Of a stretch of DNA of 50,053 bases, positions 35,977 through 45,375 are shown one piece after another. The position numbers and the translations under genes were made by a program. Source of the stretch: Akkermansia muciniphila (GTDB taxonomy: Bacteria; Verrucomicrobiota; Kiritimatiellia; RFP12; UBA1067). How positions within the stretch are numbered: the stretch's first letter is position 1; every line of letters begins with the position of its first letter. The stretch is from NCBI GenBank assembly GCA_945870145.1, contig CAMBQV010000002.1, forward strand, positions 1 to 50,053, written 5' to 3'. The notes under the pieces are model-generated. The model saw only the letters and a list, made by a program, of their open reading frames with translations. It was not told where the DNA came from and searched no databases.

Positions 35977-36602
35977 ACTGTTTACACATCATGTTGATCG
36001 CCTCTGTCGTAGCAACAGCTACGTGCTCGCTCGCGAAGGAGAGCCAACCCCTTACACAACCCGACGCCGGACTGCCAGGTCTCACACCATCTGAAGTAAT
36101 CCCGGACTGGGTGGCGCGCTGGGAACTGGCACGGTGCCTGACGATCTTGAAACGCTACGACGAAGCCATTGCCGACTACCAGATTCTCCTGAAAGGGAAA
36201 CCTGAACTGCATAAGGCAAGACTAGAATGCGCGCAAGTGCTGGTCTGGAGTGACAAAAAAAGTGAGGCTGACACCCTTCTTGAAAAAATTAACGCCTCCC
36301 AGCTCACCCTACCCGAGCAAGGTGCGTTAGCCGACCTCTATGTGATCCTCAAAAAATATGCACTCGCAGCACCCCTCTACCGGACTGTCCTAGCCGCAAC
36401 CCCCGAGGACCACAAGACGCGCTTGAAATTAGCCGAAATGCTGAGCTGGGAAAAGAAATACGCCGAGTCCCTCACTGAATACACGACCCTCTTGAAAGCC
36501 CTTCCGGAAGATCAGCAGATCCGTCGCAAGTATGCGTTGGTCCTAATCTGGAATGGACAACATGAAGCCGCGATCCCTGAGCTGCGAAAAACCTTGCCAT
36601 GA
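35973..36602 (+). CDS. TPR-repeat protein, secreted
   Basis: 209 aa. ATGA overlaps with both neighbours. Confidence 0.6.
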   Translation: MNCLHIMLIASVVATATCSLAKESQPLTQPDAGLPGLTPSEVIPDWVARWELARCLTILKRYDEAIADYQILLKGKPELHKARLECAQVLVWSDKKSEADTLLEKINASQLTLPEQGALADLYVILKKYALAAPLYRTVLAATPEDHKTRLKLAEMLSWEKKYAESLTEYTTLLKALPEDQQIRRKYALVLIWNGQHEAAIPELRKTLP

Positions 36603-39103
36603 CCCTTAACGGTAAATACATTTTCCTGATTAGCCTCTTGCTGGCTGGAACATCGCGGAGCTGGGGTGAAATAGCCCGCTCAACGATTGTACCTGAGCCG
36701 AGTCGCATCTCTGATGACCAAGCCAGGGTTGCCTTGGTACAAGCACTTTTGAAGACACCTGCCGGACGCCAAGAGGCGCTTGTCCAATTGAAAAAATTGC
36801 AGAGTACCTCACCGTCCATGTCCCAGCTCATCCGGGATCTGGCTGGGAGTTACGCCGCCTTGGGGCACTATCAAACCGTACACGCTTTTGCAAAAGAATG
36901 GCCAGCCGATAGCGAAGAACACCCAAAGCTTTCCATTGAACATGCGATTTTGTGGGGTGATTTCTATGGCGCAGAAGACTACTGGTCTCAGCGCTATAAG
37001 CAAAACCCCAAGGACCTCGACGTGGCTTTACGTTTAGCTTCCGCTCTGGTCGAAGCTGAACGCACCAATGAGGCTGAGGAGCTCTATCGAACCCTTTGGC
37101 AACGCCCACCCCATTTCCCCTCTGCCGCGCTGGGGTTGACGCGTGTCTATCTCTTGCAGAAACAGTTTTCGAAGGCTGAAGCCTTTGCCATTGAGTTACA
37201 GGGCCGTCCGAATATCCCTCGGGACGTAATACGCCTCCTAGCCGAGGCGCTTCTGGCCCAAGATAAACTCCCCGATGCCGAAGCGGTCTTTGCCAGTCTG
37301 ACCGAAAGCACTGAGGCCACGGCCGAGGATTGGACCCGCCTCGGCGTCGTCCACCTAAAGCTCGACGAACAAGAGCGGGGCAAGACCTGTTTCCAGAAAG
37401 CGCTTGAACGCGATCCGAAACAGGTCGAGGCTGCCTTTCGCCTGGCAGGCAAGACTGTTGACTCAGATGACTTCATAAAAGAACTTTTTAGCCGGGAGTT
37501 GGATGCAAGCCAACTGGTGCAGTGGGCCTCCTGGTATACGACGGAGAGTCTTTATGCACGAGCACTGGCCTGTTATATACAAGCACTCAAGATTGACGCT
37601 GACTGTTTCCCGGCTTCCGAAGGCCGAGCCTTTGTCCTCGCCATCAGTGGCAACTATGAAGAGGCAGAAAAAGAGTTTCGTGCGTTGAGTGTCCTCTTCC
37701 CAGAGAGTGCCAGATTACAAATCCGCCTTGCACGTACCCTGGCCTGGTCACGGCAATACGACAAAGCCCTGGACCTGTATGATGCCTTGATTAAAGGACA
37801 CGAACACGATCTTCTGTTGCAACGCGAAGCTGCGAGAGTCGCGCTTTGGGCTAAACGTTATGATGATGCAATGGCACGTTATGACCGTATCGTGAACAGC
37901 TCCGTCGCTGATCAATCGTATAAATCCGTACTCGTAAAAGCCGTTACGGCTGAGCGTGCCTATAAGCGCCTCTTATGGTACCACCGGTATGGGCAGGCGC
38001 TCCAGGAGGTCAACACCGTGATCGAACTGATGCCTGGCGATCAAGAAGCTGTCTTTGACCGGGCTCAGATTCACTGCATTCTTGGACTTTGCGACCTCGC
38101 CCGCTCTGACTACAACCATCTACTACAACTCAATCCCATGCACAGTATAGCCTCCGAGGCTCTTGAGCTGGCACGACTGGATGCTCATCCTAGTGTCCAG
38201 CTGAGTGGCTCCTACTGGAGAGAAGATGGGCATGGAGACCTCTCGGATATCTACCGTTATACCACCGCCGTCGGATTAACCGTGCCGATCTATTGCAGGG
38301 CTGACCTCTTTGTTGAATCCCGGCGCTGGTTCGAATTTCCAGGGGGCTACAATGGACGGATTGATGCGTGGAGTTATACCACCGGCCTCCGTGCGGCACT
38401 GAACTCCTTTTTGCAAGGCGAGGTCAGCTGGACCTTCAAGCAGTATGAACAGACCCGCTTTACAGATACCCATACAGGCCAAGCTAAACTCTGGGCGAAC
38501 CTCTACGACTATGCGCAACTGGGGGTCGGCTATGGACGTACAGATGAACTCTACAATCGCTTTGGTTATTTTCAGAAGACGCAGGCTGACAATACGTGGG
38601 TTGAATTAAAATCTGATCTCACACGGCGGTGGGATGCGCTGCTCCGCTTAAAAGACACCCACTACAATGACAGCAACAATGGGTACTCTGTTTTTCTCAA
38701 CACAGGCTATGACATCACGGATCATCCCCGTATCCTCAAACTCTCGGCATCCGCTGAATACCGGGATACCGACGAAGACAATCAATACATTTACAATGCT
38801 GGCCGACTCGTCAACATCATCCACCCCTACTGGGCTCCACAAAATTATGTGGCTGGCTTCCTGACCTTGGAATGGTGGCACGACCTCTCGGGTCCCCATC
38901 AATATTGTGGCAATAAGCGCCATTTCTATGACCTGAAGGCCTCCGTAGGAACCGATACCGAATCTAATCCAGGAATTACCCTTGAAGCTGAATGGCAATA
39001 TCGTTTTACCAACCGCTGGTCCGTCGGAATCAATGCGTATACGCATTACTCTGAGGAGTGGAACGCACAAGGTTTCTGGCTATCGTTAGGCTGTCAATTA
39101 TAG
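36599..39103 (+). CDS. TPR-repeat plus C-terminal beta-barrel outer-membrane export protein (BcsC/PgaA-like architecture)
   Basis: 834 aa. Signal peptide, about 500 aa of TPR repeats, then a Y/W/G-rich alternating pattern typical of a porin. Confidence 0.65.
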   Translation: MTLNGKYIFLISLLLAGTSRSWGEIARSTIVPEPSRISDDQARVALVQALLKTPAGRQEALVQLKKLQSTSPSMSQLIRDLAGSYAALGHYQTVHAFAKEWPADSEEHPKLSIEHAILWGDFYGAEDYWSQRYKQNPKDLDVALRLASALVEAERTNEAEELYRTLWQRPPHFPSAALGLTRVYLLQKQFSKAEAFAIELQGRPNIPRDVIRLLAEALLAQDKLPDAEAVFASLTESTEATAEDWTRLGVVHLKLDEQERGKTCFQKALERDPKQVEAAFRLAGKTVDSDDFIKELFSRELDASQLVQWASWYTTESLYARALACYIQALKIDADCFPASEGRAFVLAISGNYEEAEKEFRALSVLFPESARLQIRLARTLAWSRQYDKALDLYDALIKGHEHDLLLQREAARVALWAKRYDDAMARYDRIVNSSVADQSYKSVLVKAVTAERAYKRLLWYHRYGQALQEVNTVIELMPGDQEAVFDRAQIHCILGLCDLARSDYNHLLQLNPMHSIASEALELARLDAHPSVQLSGSYWREDGHGDLSDIYRYTTAVGLTVPIYCRADLFVESRRWFEFPGGYNGRIDAWSYTTGLRAALNSFLQGEVSWTFKQYEQTRFTDTHTGQAKLWANLYDYAQLGVGYGRTDELYNRFGYFQKTQADNTWVELKSDLTRRWDALLRLKDTHYNDSNNGYSVFLNTGYDITDHPRILKLSASAEYRDTDEDNQYIYNAGRLVNIIHPYWAPQNYVAGFLTLEWWHDLSGPHQYCGNKRHFYDLKASVGTDTESNPGITLEAEWQYRFTNRWSVGINAYTHYSEEWNAQGFWLSLGCQL

Positions 39104-39111
39104 GGTTACGT

Positions 39112-40755
39112 ATGCCTCAAAAGAAAACCGCCACTGTACTGAATGCTTTGACCCTGGGCTCACTTGTGACCCTCGTGACAGGTGCTGCTTATTTAATGGC
39201 CCGAACCGTGATCTATATGTCATTATCAGGTGTCTGGTATGAAAAGGGTCTTGGATTTCTCCTGTTGCTCGCCGAAGTCTTCATCTTGATTCATGGTGCG
39301 GGCTATTCGTTCCAGTTGCTGCGTATCTCCAGACGTGAATCGGCAAAAGAGACGCCACCCGAACTGCCAGAGGTATTACCACCCGTCGCCGTAGTGGTAT
39401 CAGCCTACAACGAGCCTTTAGATGTCGTTGAGAGAACCCTGGTGAGTTTCTACAACCTTCGCTATCCCAATAAGTGCCTCTACCTTCTGGATGACACGCG
39501 CTATGACGCGGTTTCGCCCGAAAAAGCCGAGCAGATGAAAGCCTATCGCGCGCAAGTTGATGCACTTGTAAAAAAGATAGGGGTTGGACTTTTTCGTAGA
39601 AAATGGCACAGCGCAAAAGCTGGCATGCTCAATGACTTCCTAGCCCTTGCAGCCGGGAGAGAGCGTCCGGATTTCGAATTCACAGGGCCCCAGAACGAAA
39701 CACGTCCACGGGATTTTAAATACCTCGTTGTCTTTGATGCCGACCAGACCCCCTTCCCGAACTTCCTAGAAGACTTGGTTGCTCAAATGGAGGCTGACCC
39801 CAAATTAGCCTTCGTACAGACGCCACAATACTATACCAACTTCCAACATAATCGTGTCGCGCGTGCATCAGGACTTCAACAGGCTGTTTTCTACGAGTAT
39901 ATTTGCGAAGGCAAGGACACCCAGGACGCCATGTTCTGCTGTGGCACCAATGTGATCTTCCGCCGTGAAGCCCTGGAAGCAGTCGGGGGTATTGAAGAGT
40001 CCTCGGTTACAGAAGATTTTGCAACCTCCTTGAAACTGCACACCGCCGGCTGGCGCTCAGCCTATTCCAGTAAAGCGCAAGCCTTCGGGTTAGGCCCTGA
40101 AGATCTCGGCGGTTACCTGAAGCAGCAAACTCGCTGGGCGCTGGGGACCATTGGCATGCTCCGGATTCTGCTCGCCAGTTTCATTCGCCGGCCATGGGCC
40201 TTGACGCCTGCGCAATGGTGTGAGTATTTCCTCTCCAGCACCTACTACTTTATTGGCTGGGCCTTCTTTATTTTGGTGCTCTGCCCGATCGTCTATCTGC
40301 TTCTGGATGTTCCGAGCTACTTTGCCTATCCCCACATTTTTCTCCTCTTCTTCCTGCCGTACGTGGTGATTACCTTGCTCATGTTCTTCTGGACATTACG
40401 AAAACGGTACTATGGCCCGAAGGATATCATCCTCGGACAACTCCTCGTCGCCATCGCCTTCCCCGTCTACATGAAAGCATCCTTCTACGCACTGATCAAT
40501 AAGAAGACCTCGTTTGTTGTCACACCCAAGGGAAGCAGTCATGCGCTCCCGTTGACAGCCCTTTGGGCCCAACTGGGACTTGCAGGACTCAATGTTGTGG
40601 CTATCGTCTGGGGTATTCACAGGTTGATTTACGAGCCTGCGCTCGTGACAGGCCTCTCAGTCAACATCTTCTGGTGCCTCTATCACCTCCTTATGCTTTC
40701 CGCGGTACTCTACCTGAACAATCCGGAAGAGCCTTCAAAGGAAGCACGCGCATGA
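39112..40755 (+). CDS. BcsA-like family-2 glycosyltransferase (processive polysaccharide synthase), no PilZ domain
   Basis: VVSAYNEP, LLDDT, HSAKAGMLN, FDADQ, VQTPQ, TED, QQTRW (QxxRW). TM helices on both sides. The protein ends after the last TM. Confidence 0.85.
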   Translation: MPQKKTATVLNALTLGSLVTLVTGAAYLMARTVIYMSLSGVWYEKGLGFLLLLAEVFILIHGAGYSFQLLRISRRESAKETPPELPEVLPPVAVVVSAYNEPLDVVERTLVSFYNLRYPNKCLYLLDDTRYDAVSPEKAEQMKAYRAQVDALVKKIGVGLFRRKWHSAKAGMLNDFLALAAGRERPDFEFTGPQNETRPRDFKYLVVFDADQTPFPNFLEDLVAQMEADPKLAFVQTPQYYTNFQHNRVARASGLQQAVFYEYICEGKDTQDAMFCCGTNVIFRREALEAVGGIEESSVTEDFATSLKLHTAGWRSAYSSKAQAFGLGPEDLGGYLKQQTRWALGTIGMLRILLASFIRRPWALTPAQWCEYFLSSTYYFIGWAFFILVLCPIVYLLLDVPSYFAYPHIFLLFFLPYVVITLLMFFWTLRKRYYGPKDIILGQLLVAIAFPVYMKASFYALINKKTSFVVTPKGSSHALPLTALWAQLGLAGLNVVAIVWGIHRLIYEPALVTGLSVNIFWCLYHLLMLSAVLYLNNPEEPSKEARA

Positions 40756-41762
40756 AGTCGGCAGGATTACTTATCATCCTGCTCTCCTTGTTCCTGTCTG
40801 GATGTCGCACACCGCCAGCAGAAATTCTCACACGCAACGCGTTTACTTGGGGTGTTGCACTCGACGGTTATCCCTTAACCACTGATCGCCTCGCTGCCGT
40901 ACGCCAGGAGATCGGTGTCCCTTCCGATCGAATTGTCTTCTTCATGCTCTGGCCTGAGCGCGGCAACAAACCAGGAGCCTTTCCGCTCGAAACAGTGAAC
41001 GCCATTCATGCCGAGGGGGCCCTCCCCTGTTTGACGTGGGAGCCGATGTTCCTAAAGGAGAATCGCGAAGTGGCGATCTCCGCCCAGGCGATTCTCGCAG
41101 GCGAGTATGATGTCTTTATTACGGCCTTCGCACAAGCGGCCGCACAGTGGAAGAAGCCCCTGCTCATTCGTTTTGCACATGAGATGAACCTCTCCCGTTA
41201 CCACTGGGGAGGAACAGCTGCAGAGTATGGGCCAAACTCGCCGGAGCTCTACAAACAGATGTTCCGTTACGTTGTCAGCCAGTTCGACAAGCAACAGGCC
41301 GATAATGTCCTCTGGGCCTTCTGCCCGAATGCCGAGTCCGTGCCGCAAGCACCGTGGAATACCCTTTCCGCCTACTATCCCGGCGACGATGTGGTGGACT
41401 GCCTTGGAGTTGATGGTTACAATTGGGGTACGACTCAAACGCTTGAAAAAAACGGATGGAACAGCTTTGGAAAACGTTTTGATGAGATTTTCAAGCCCGC
41501 CGTCACAGAGCTACGCGCACTCTCAAAACAGAAACCGCTCTTCGTTTTCGAAACAGCAAGTGTTGCCAATGGTGAACTTCAATGTTACTGGCTTATTCAC
41601 GCCGTCAAAGCTGCACTAGATTTAGAAATAAATGGCATCACGTGGTTCCATGCGGACAAAGAAATTGACTGGCGACTCCAATCCTGGAGTGCAAGCGCGT
41701 TAAGAAGAATAATGCAGAATAAACAAGTGAGGTCCAATGAAAAAATCAGATCTATTGAATAG
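40752..41762 (+). CDS. GH26-like glycoside hydrolase lipoprotein
   Basis: Lipobox LFLSGC. RFAHEMN...HWGG, YYPGDDVVDCLGVDGYNW and FVFETAS resemble GH26 signatures. ATGA overlap with the synthase. Confidence 0.65.
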   Translation: MKSAGLLIILLSLFLSGCRTPPAEILTRNAFTWGVALDGYPLTTDRLAAVRQEIGVPSDRIVFFMLWPERGNKPGAFPLETVNAIHAEGALPCLTWEPMFLKENREVAISAQAILAGEYDVFITAFAQAAAQWKKPLLIRFAHEMNLSRYHWGGTAAEYGPNSPELYKQMFRYVVSQFDKQQADNVLWAFCPNAESVPQAPWNTLSAYYPGDDVVDCLGVDGYNWGTTQTLEKNGWNSFGKRFDEIFKPAVTELRALSKQKPLFVFETASVANGELQCYWLIHAVKAALDLEINGITWFHADKEIDWRLQSWSASALRRIMQNKQVRSNEKIRSIE

Positions 41763-41973
41763 TTTACAGGAGGCTATTCGTACGGAGGAGAGCGCCTCGG
41801 CCATTTTCCTGACGCATCTCCAAGCGCTGACCGAGCGCATGGGCATCGATAAGGCCCTTGCCGAGGAGGCTCGCCAGGTCTTAGAGCATCTGATCACGGA
41901 AAACAAGCGACACCAAGCTATTTTGGAAGCTTTACAAAAACAGCTCAAAGGAGATGAACGCCATGATTGGTAA
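41737..41973 (+). CDS. Small helical-hairpin protein, possible ferritin-like half
   Basis: 78 aa. Overlaps the 3' end of the GH26-like gene by 26 nt and the next ORF by 20 nt. Confidence 0.4.
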   Translation: MKKSDLLNSLQEAIRTEESASAIFLTHLQALTERMGIDKALAEEARQVLEHLITENKRHQAILEALQKQLKGDERHDW

Positions 41974-42160
41974 ACAACAATGGAATGAGATGGCGCTTCA
42001 GGTTCACGAACTTGAGAAGCGGATGCAAGTGACCTACGCGGATCTGGCTCAAAAAGTTTCTGAGCCCGGTGTCAAGGCGATCTTTACCAATCTGGTTCAA
42101 GATGAACAGAACCATGCCGACGCGATTGACGCCATCGCACGCAAGATCATGAAATCTTAA
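41954..42160 (+). CDS. Small ferritin/rubrerythrin-like half-domain protein
   Basis: 68 aa. HELEKRMQVTYADLA ... LVQDEQNHADAI matches an E...ExxH two-helix unit. Alternative ATG at 41963. Confidence 0.45.
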   Translation: MNAMIGKQQWNEMALQVHELEKRMQVTYADLAQKVSEPGVKAIFTNLVQDEQNHADAIDAIARKIMKS

Positions 42161-42249
42161 CGTTCTTTTTTGCTTTTGCAATCAGACACGCTTTTGCGCT
42201 ATACTCTTGACGCTCATCAATACCCTCCCAGGAGGTTGCTTTACAAGGA

Positions 42250-42735
42250 GTGATTATGGATCCGCTATTAGAGATGTTAAAAAAGAATGCGCGCGAGTCA
42301 GATGCCGTGCTGGCAAAAGAGCTCGGCACAACTGAAGCCGATGTCAAGGCACGTATTGCAGCGTATGAAAAAGACGGCGTTCTCCGTGGCTTCCGTGCAC
42401 TCATCAATCCAGCGCGCATCGATGACACCACCGTGCACGCGGTCATCGAGCTGCGCATCCGCCCGGAACGCGAAGGCGGTTTCGACCGTTTGGCCTCGCG
42501 TATCAGCCAATGCCCACAAGTGGAATCCATGTTTCTGATGTCCGGCGGCTTTGACCTGATGCTCTTTGTGAAGGGGAAAAATCTTCAAGAAGTCGCTAAT
42601 TTTGTGAGCGTCCATCTCGCGACGATTGACGGAGTCCTCTCGACTGCAACCCATTTCATGCTCAAGACCTATAAGGATCAAGGTATCCTGATGGAAGGTG
42701 AACACTATGATGACCGACTCCAAGTCAGTCCCTGA
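42250..42735 (+). CDS. Lrp/AsnC-family transcriptional regulator
   Basis: 161 aa. HTH LAKELGTTEADVKARI and a RAM domain. Confidence 0.85.
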   Translation: MIMDPLLEMLKKNARESDAVLAKELGTTEADVKARIAAYEKDGVLRGFRALINPARIDDTTVHAVIELRIRPEREGGFDRLASRISQCPQVESMFLMSGGFDLMLFVKGKNLQEVANFVSVHLATIDGVLSTATHFMLKTYKDQGILMEGEHYDDRLQVSP

Positions 42736-43888
42736 ACAATTTATTGCTCCGCATCTGCGAGACATTCCTAAGTCGGGCATTCGGGACTTTTTTGACATTG
42801 TCGCCTCCCGTAAAGATGTGATCTCTTTGGGTATTGGCGAGCCGGATTTTCAGACCCCTTGGCACATCCGCGAAAAGGCCATGACCGCCATTGAACGTGG
42901 CTTCACACGTTACACCTCGAATCTCGGCATGCCGGAACTCCGCCAAGCTCTGACGACATACATGAAGCACGCCTTCCATGCCACGTATGACTGGAAGAGT
43001 GAGATCCTAGTCACCGTCGGAGTCAGCGAGGCTCTGGATATCGCCCTGCGCGCCGTCCTCTCGCCTGGCGATGAGGTTCTCTACCACGAGCCCTGTTTCG
43101 TGGCTTATGCACCCTTGATCCGCATGGCGCACGGCGTGCCGGTCGCTGTGAACACCTTCCGCAAAGATGATTTTCGCCTGACGGTCGAGGAGCTCGAAAA
43201 AAAGGTCACGCCGAAGTCGCGCGTCCTGCTGATCAACTTCCCGAACAATCCGACCGGCGCCTGCCTGACGAAAGCGGACACCGAAGCGCTCGCTGACTTT
43301 GTGATCAAACACAACCTGCTCCTGATTTCAGACGAGGTTTATTCGGAATTGACCTACGAGGGCGGACGCCACTCTATGGCCGCCATCTCGCGTATCCGGG
43401 ACCGCCTCATCTTCATGAACGGGTTTTCAAAAGCCTGGTCGATGACGGGTTTCCGTCTCGGTTATGTCTGTGCTCCCGCACCCTTGACCGATGCAATGAT
43501 GAAGATTCATCAATATTGCATGATGAGTGCACCGACGGTCAGCCAATGCGCGGGAATCGAAGCCCTGGCAGCAGGGAATGAAGATATCGTCGAAATGCGC
43601 GATTCCTATCATCAGCGCAGAAACTTCCTGGTCGCCTCCCTGAACGAAATGGGGCTGGACTGCTTCATGCCACGTGGCGCCTTCTACGTCTTCCCCTCCA
43701 TCCAAACGACAGGCTTGACAGCCCATGAATTTGCGATGCGCTTCCTGCAGGAATATAGTGTCGCCTGCGTCCCTGGCTCAGCCTTCGGCACATGCGGCGC
43801 GGGTTATCTCCGTTGCGCCTATGCCACCGGTATGGAGCAACTCAAAGAAGCCATGTCGCGGATGCAGACGTTCTTGAAAACGCTGTAG
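42698..43888 (+). CDS. Class I/II PLP-dependent aminotransferase (aspartate/aromatic type)
   Basis: 396 aa. SGIRDFFD, NPTG, SKAWSMTGFRLGY (PLP lysine). Confidence 0.88.
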   Translation: MNTMMTDSKSVPEQFIAPHLRDIPKSGIRDFFDIVASRKDVISLGIGEPDFQTPWHIREKAMTAIERGFTRYTSNLGMPELRQALTTYMKHAFHATYDWKSEILVTVGVSEALDIALRAVLSPGDEVLYHEPCFVAYAPLIRMAHGVPVAVNTFRKDDFRLTVEELEKKVTPKSRVLLINFPNNPTGACLTKADTEALADFVIKHNLLLISDEVYSELTYEGGRHSMAAISRIRDRLIFMNGFSKAWSMTGFRLGYVCAPAPLTDAMMKIHQYCMMSAPTVSQCAGIEALAAGNEDIVEMRDSYHQRRNFLVASLNEMGLDCFMPRGAFYVFPSIQTTGLTAHEFAMRFLQEYSVACVPGSAFGTCGAGYLRCAYATGMEQLKEAMSRMQTFLKTL

Positions 43889-43918
43889 AATTGCACACAG
43901 CGAATACGCTTGTCCCAA

Positions 43919-44048
43919 ATTGCCTTATTGCCTGATTGCCTTATTGCGTTATTAGAGCTTCGCTTCCAAAAATCGTCAAATACTTTCGTCCTTGACCACA
44001 AGAGAATGTGATTTCTCAAATAATAAGGCAATAAGGCAATAACGCAAT
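43919..44048. repeat. Hairpin-armed element (attgcc/aataaggcaat word arms) with a degenerate core
   Basis: Left arm 43919-43953, right arm 44019-44048. attgccttattgcc pairs with ggcaataaggcaat as a perfect 14-bp stem. The element ends 4 nt before the purD stop codon. Confidence 0.6.
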
Positions 44049-44052
44049 TCTC

Positions 44053-45330
44053 TTACCGATTAAACGCGCGACGCGCGATATCGTTGCGATATTGAGCGCC
44101 CTCAAAGGTGATAAGCTTAGCCACCTCATACGCACAACCCACGGCACTCTTAAGATCAGTACCTAGCGCAGTGACGGCCAGTACGCGTCCGCCAGCGGTG
44201 ACGACCTTGCCATCCTTGAGCGATGTTCCCGCATGGAAGACGGTAGCGCCCTTAACCTGTGCGGCTGCCTCAAGTCCTTTAATCTCGTCACCCTTTTTAT
44301 ACGTGCCAGGGTATCCCCCTGCTGCCATGACAATGGTCGCGGCGGCCTCGGGACGGACCTGAATGAGGCCGTCATGCAGGATACCATCAATACACGCCTG
44401 GAGCGCAGGAATCAAGTCCCCAGCGATACGCGGCAACACAGCTTCGGTCTCGGGATCACCAAAACGCGCATTGAACTCCAGCACGTTGATACCCTTCTTG
44501 CTAATCATGAGACCCGCATAAAGCACGCCTTTGTAGACAATACCGCGCTTCTTGAGTTCACGCACCACGGGCAGGATGATCTGCTCCTTGATGTAGGGGA
44601 TAAGATCTTCGGTCACAACAGGCGCAGGCGAGTAGGCTCCCATGCCACCGGTGTTGGGACCTTGGTCATTATCAAAGATTCGCTTGTGATCTTGTGACGA
44701 GGGCAGGATTACGGTGTGCTCGCCATCGACGAGGGCCAAAATGGATGCCTCTTCGCCTTCCAGAAAATCCTCGATCAAAACTTCGGCCCCGGCCTTACCA
44801 AAAATGGCCTCCACGAGCATGGAGTTAATCGCTTCAACTGCCTCGGCGCGTGTCTGAGCAATCACGACACCTTTTCCAGCGGCCAAACCGTCGGCCTTGA
44901 TAACCACAGGTAAATCGAATTGATCCAATGCAGCAATGGCATCCGTGGCATTTGTGAACCCGAACGAACGCGCCGTCGGCACACCTGCAGCGGTCATGAC
45001 GTCTTTTGAGAAGAGCTTACTGCCCTCCATACGCGCACCTGCCTGGCACGGACCGAAAACGCGGAGCCCCTCAGCGTTAAAAGCGTCAGTGATCCCCAGG
45101 CAGAGCGGCACTTCAGGTCCGATCACGGTCAGATCAGGCCGATTAACCTTTGCCCATGCGACAAGGCCAGAAACATTTTCAGCTGAAATGGGAACAGACT
45201 CTGCAACACCAACAGTCCCCGCGTTTCCAGGTGCGCAAAACAGCGTTGGCTTACACGAATCCTGAGACAATCTCCACGCAATGGCATGCTCACGTCCGCC
45301 ACCTCCGACAACTAAAATTTTCATGGTCAT
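44053..45330 (-). CDS. purD: Phosphoribosylamine--glycine ligase
   Basis: 425 aa. KILVVGGGGREHA and ATP-grasp motifs. Confidence 0.95.
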   Translation of the reverse strand: MTMKILVVGGGGREHAIAWRLSQDSCKPTLFCAPGNAGTVGVAESVPISAENVSGLVAWAKVNRPDLTVIGPEVPLCLGITDAFNAEGLRVFGPCQAGARMEGSKLFSKDVMTAAGVPTARSFGFTNATDAIAALDQFDLPVVIKADGLAAGKGVVIAQTRAEAVEAINSMLVEAIFGKAGAEVLIEDFLEGEEASILALVDGEHTVILPSSQDHKRIFDNDQGPNTGGMGAYSPAPVVTEDLIPYIKEQIILPVVRELKKRGIVYKGVLYAGLMISKKGINVLEFNARFGDPETEAVLPRIAGDLIPALQACIDGILHDGLIQVRPEAAATIVMAAGGYPGTYKKGDEIKGLEAAAQVKGATVFHAGTSLKDGKVVTAGGRVLAVTALGTDLKSAVGCAYEVAKLITFEGAQYRNDIARRAFNR

Positions 45331-45375
45331 AAAGATACCCTCTCTCCCTCGCTAAATCAAGCAGATTGATGGATG

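Noticed and set aside
39058-39111. Upstream start for the GT2 synthase (39058), and for the GH26-like gene (40563)
   Set aside because: The extensions overlap the preceding genes by 46 and 193 nt and encode no recognisable sequence. The internal ATGs give a canonical TM start and a lipobox signal peptide respectively.
39112-40755. PilZ c-di-GMP-binding domain at the C-terminus of the BcsA-like synthase
   Set aside because: I searched the C-terminal ~150 aa for RxxxR and DxSxxG motifs. Only TM helices and a short polar tail are present.
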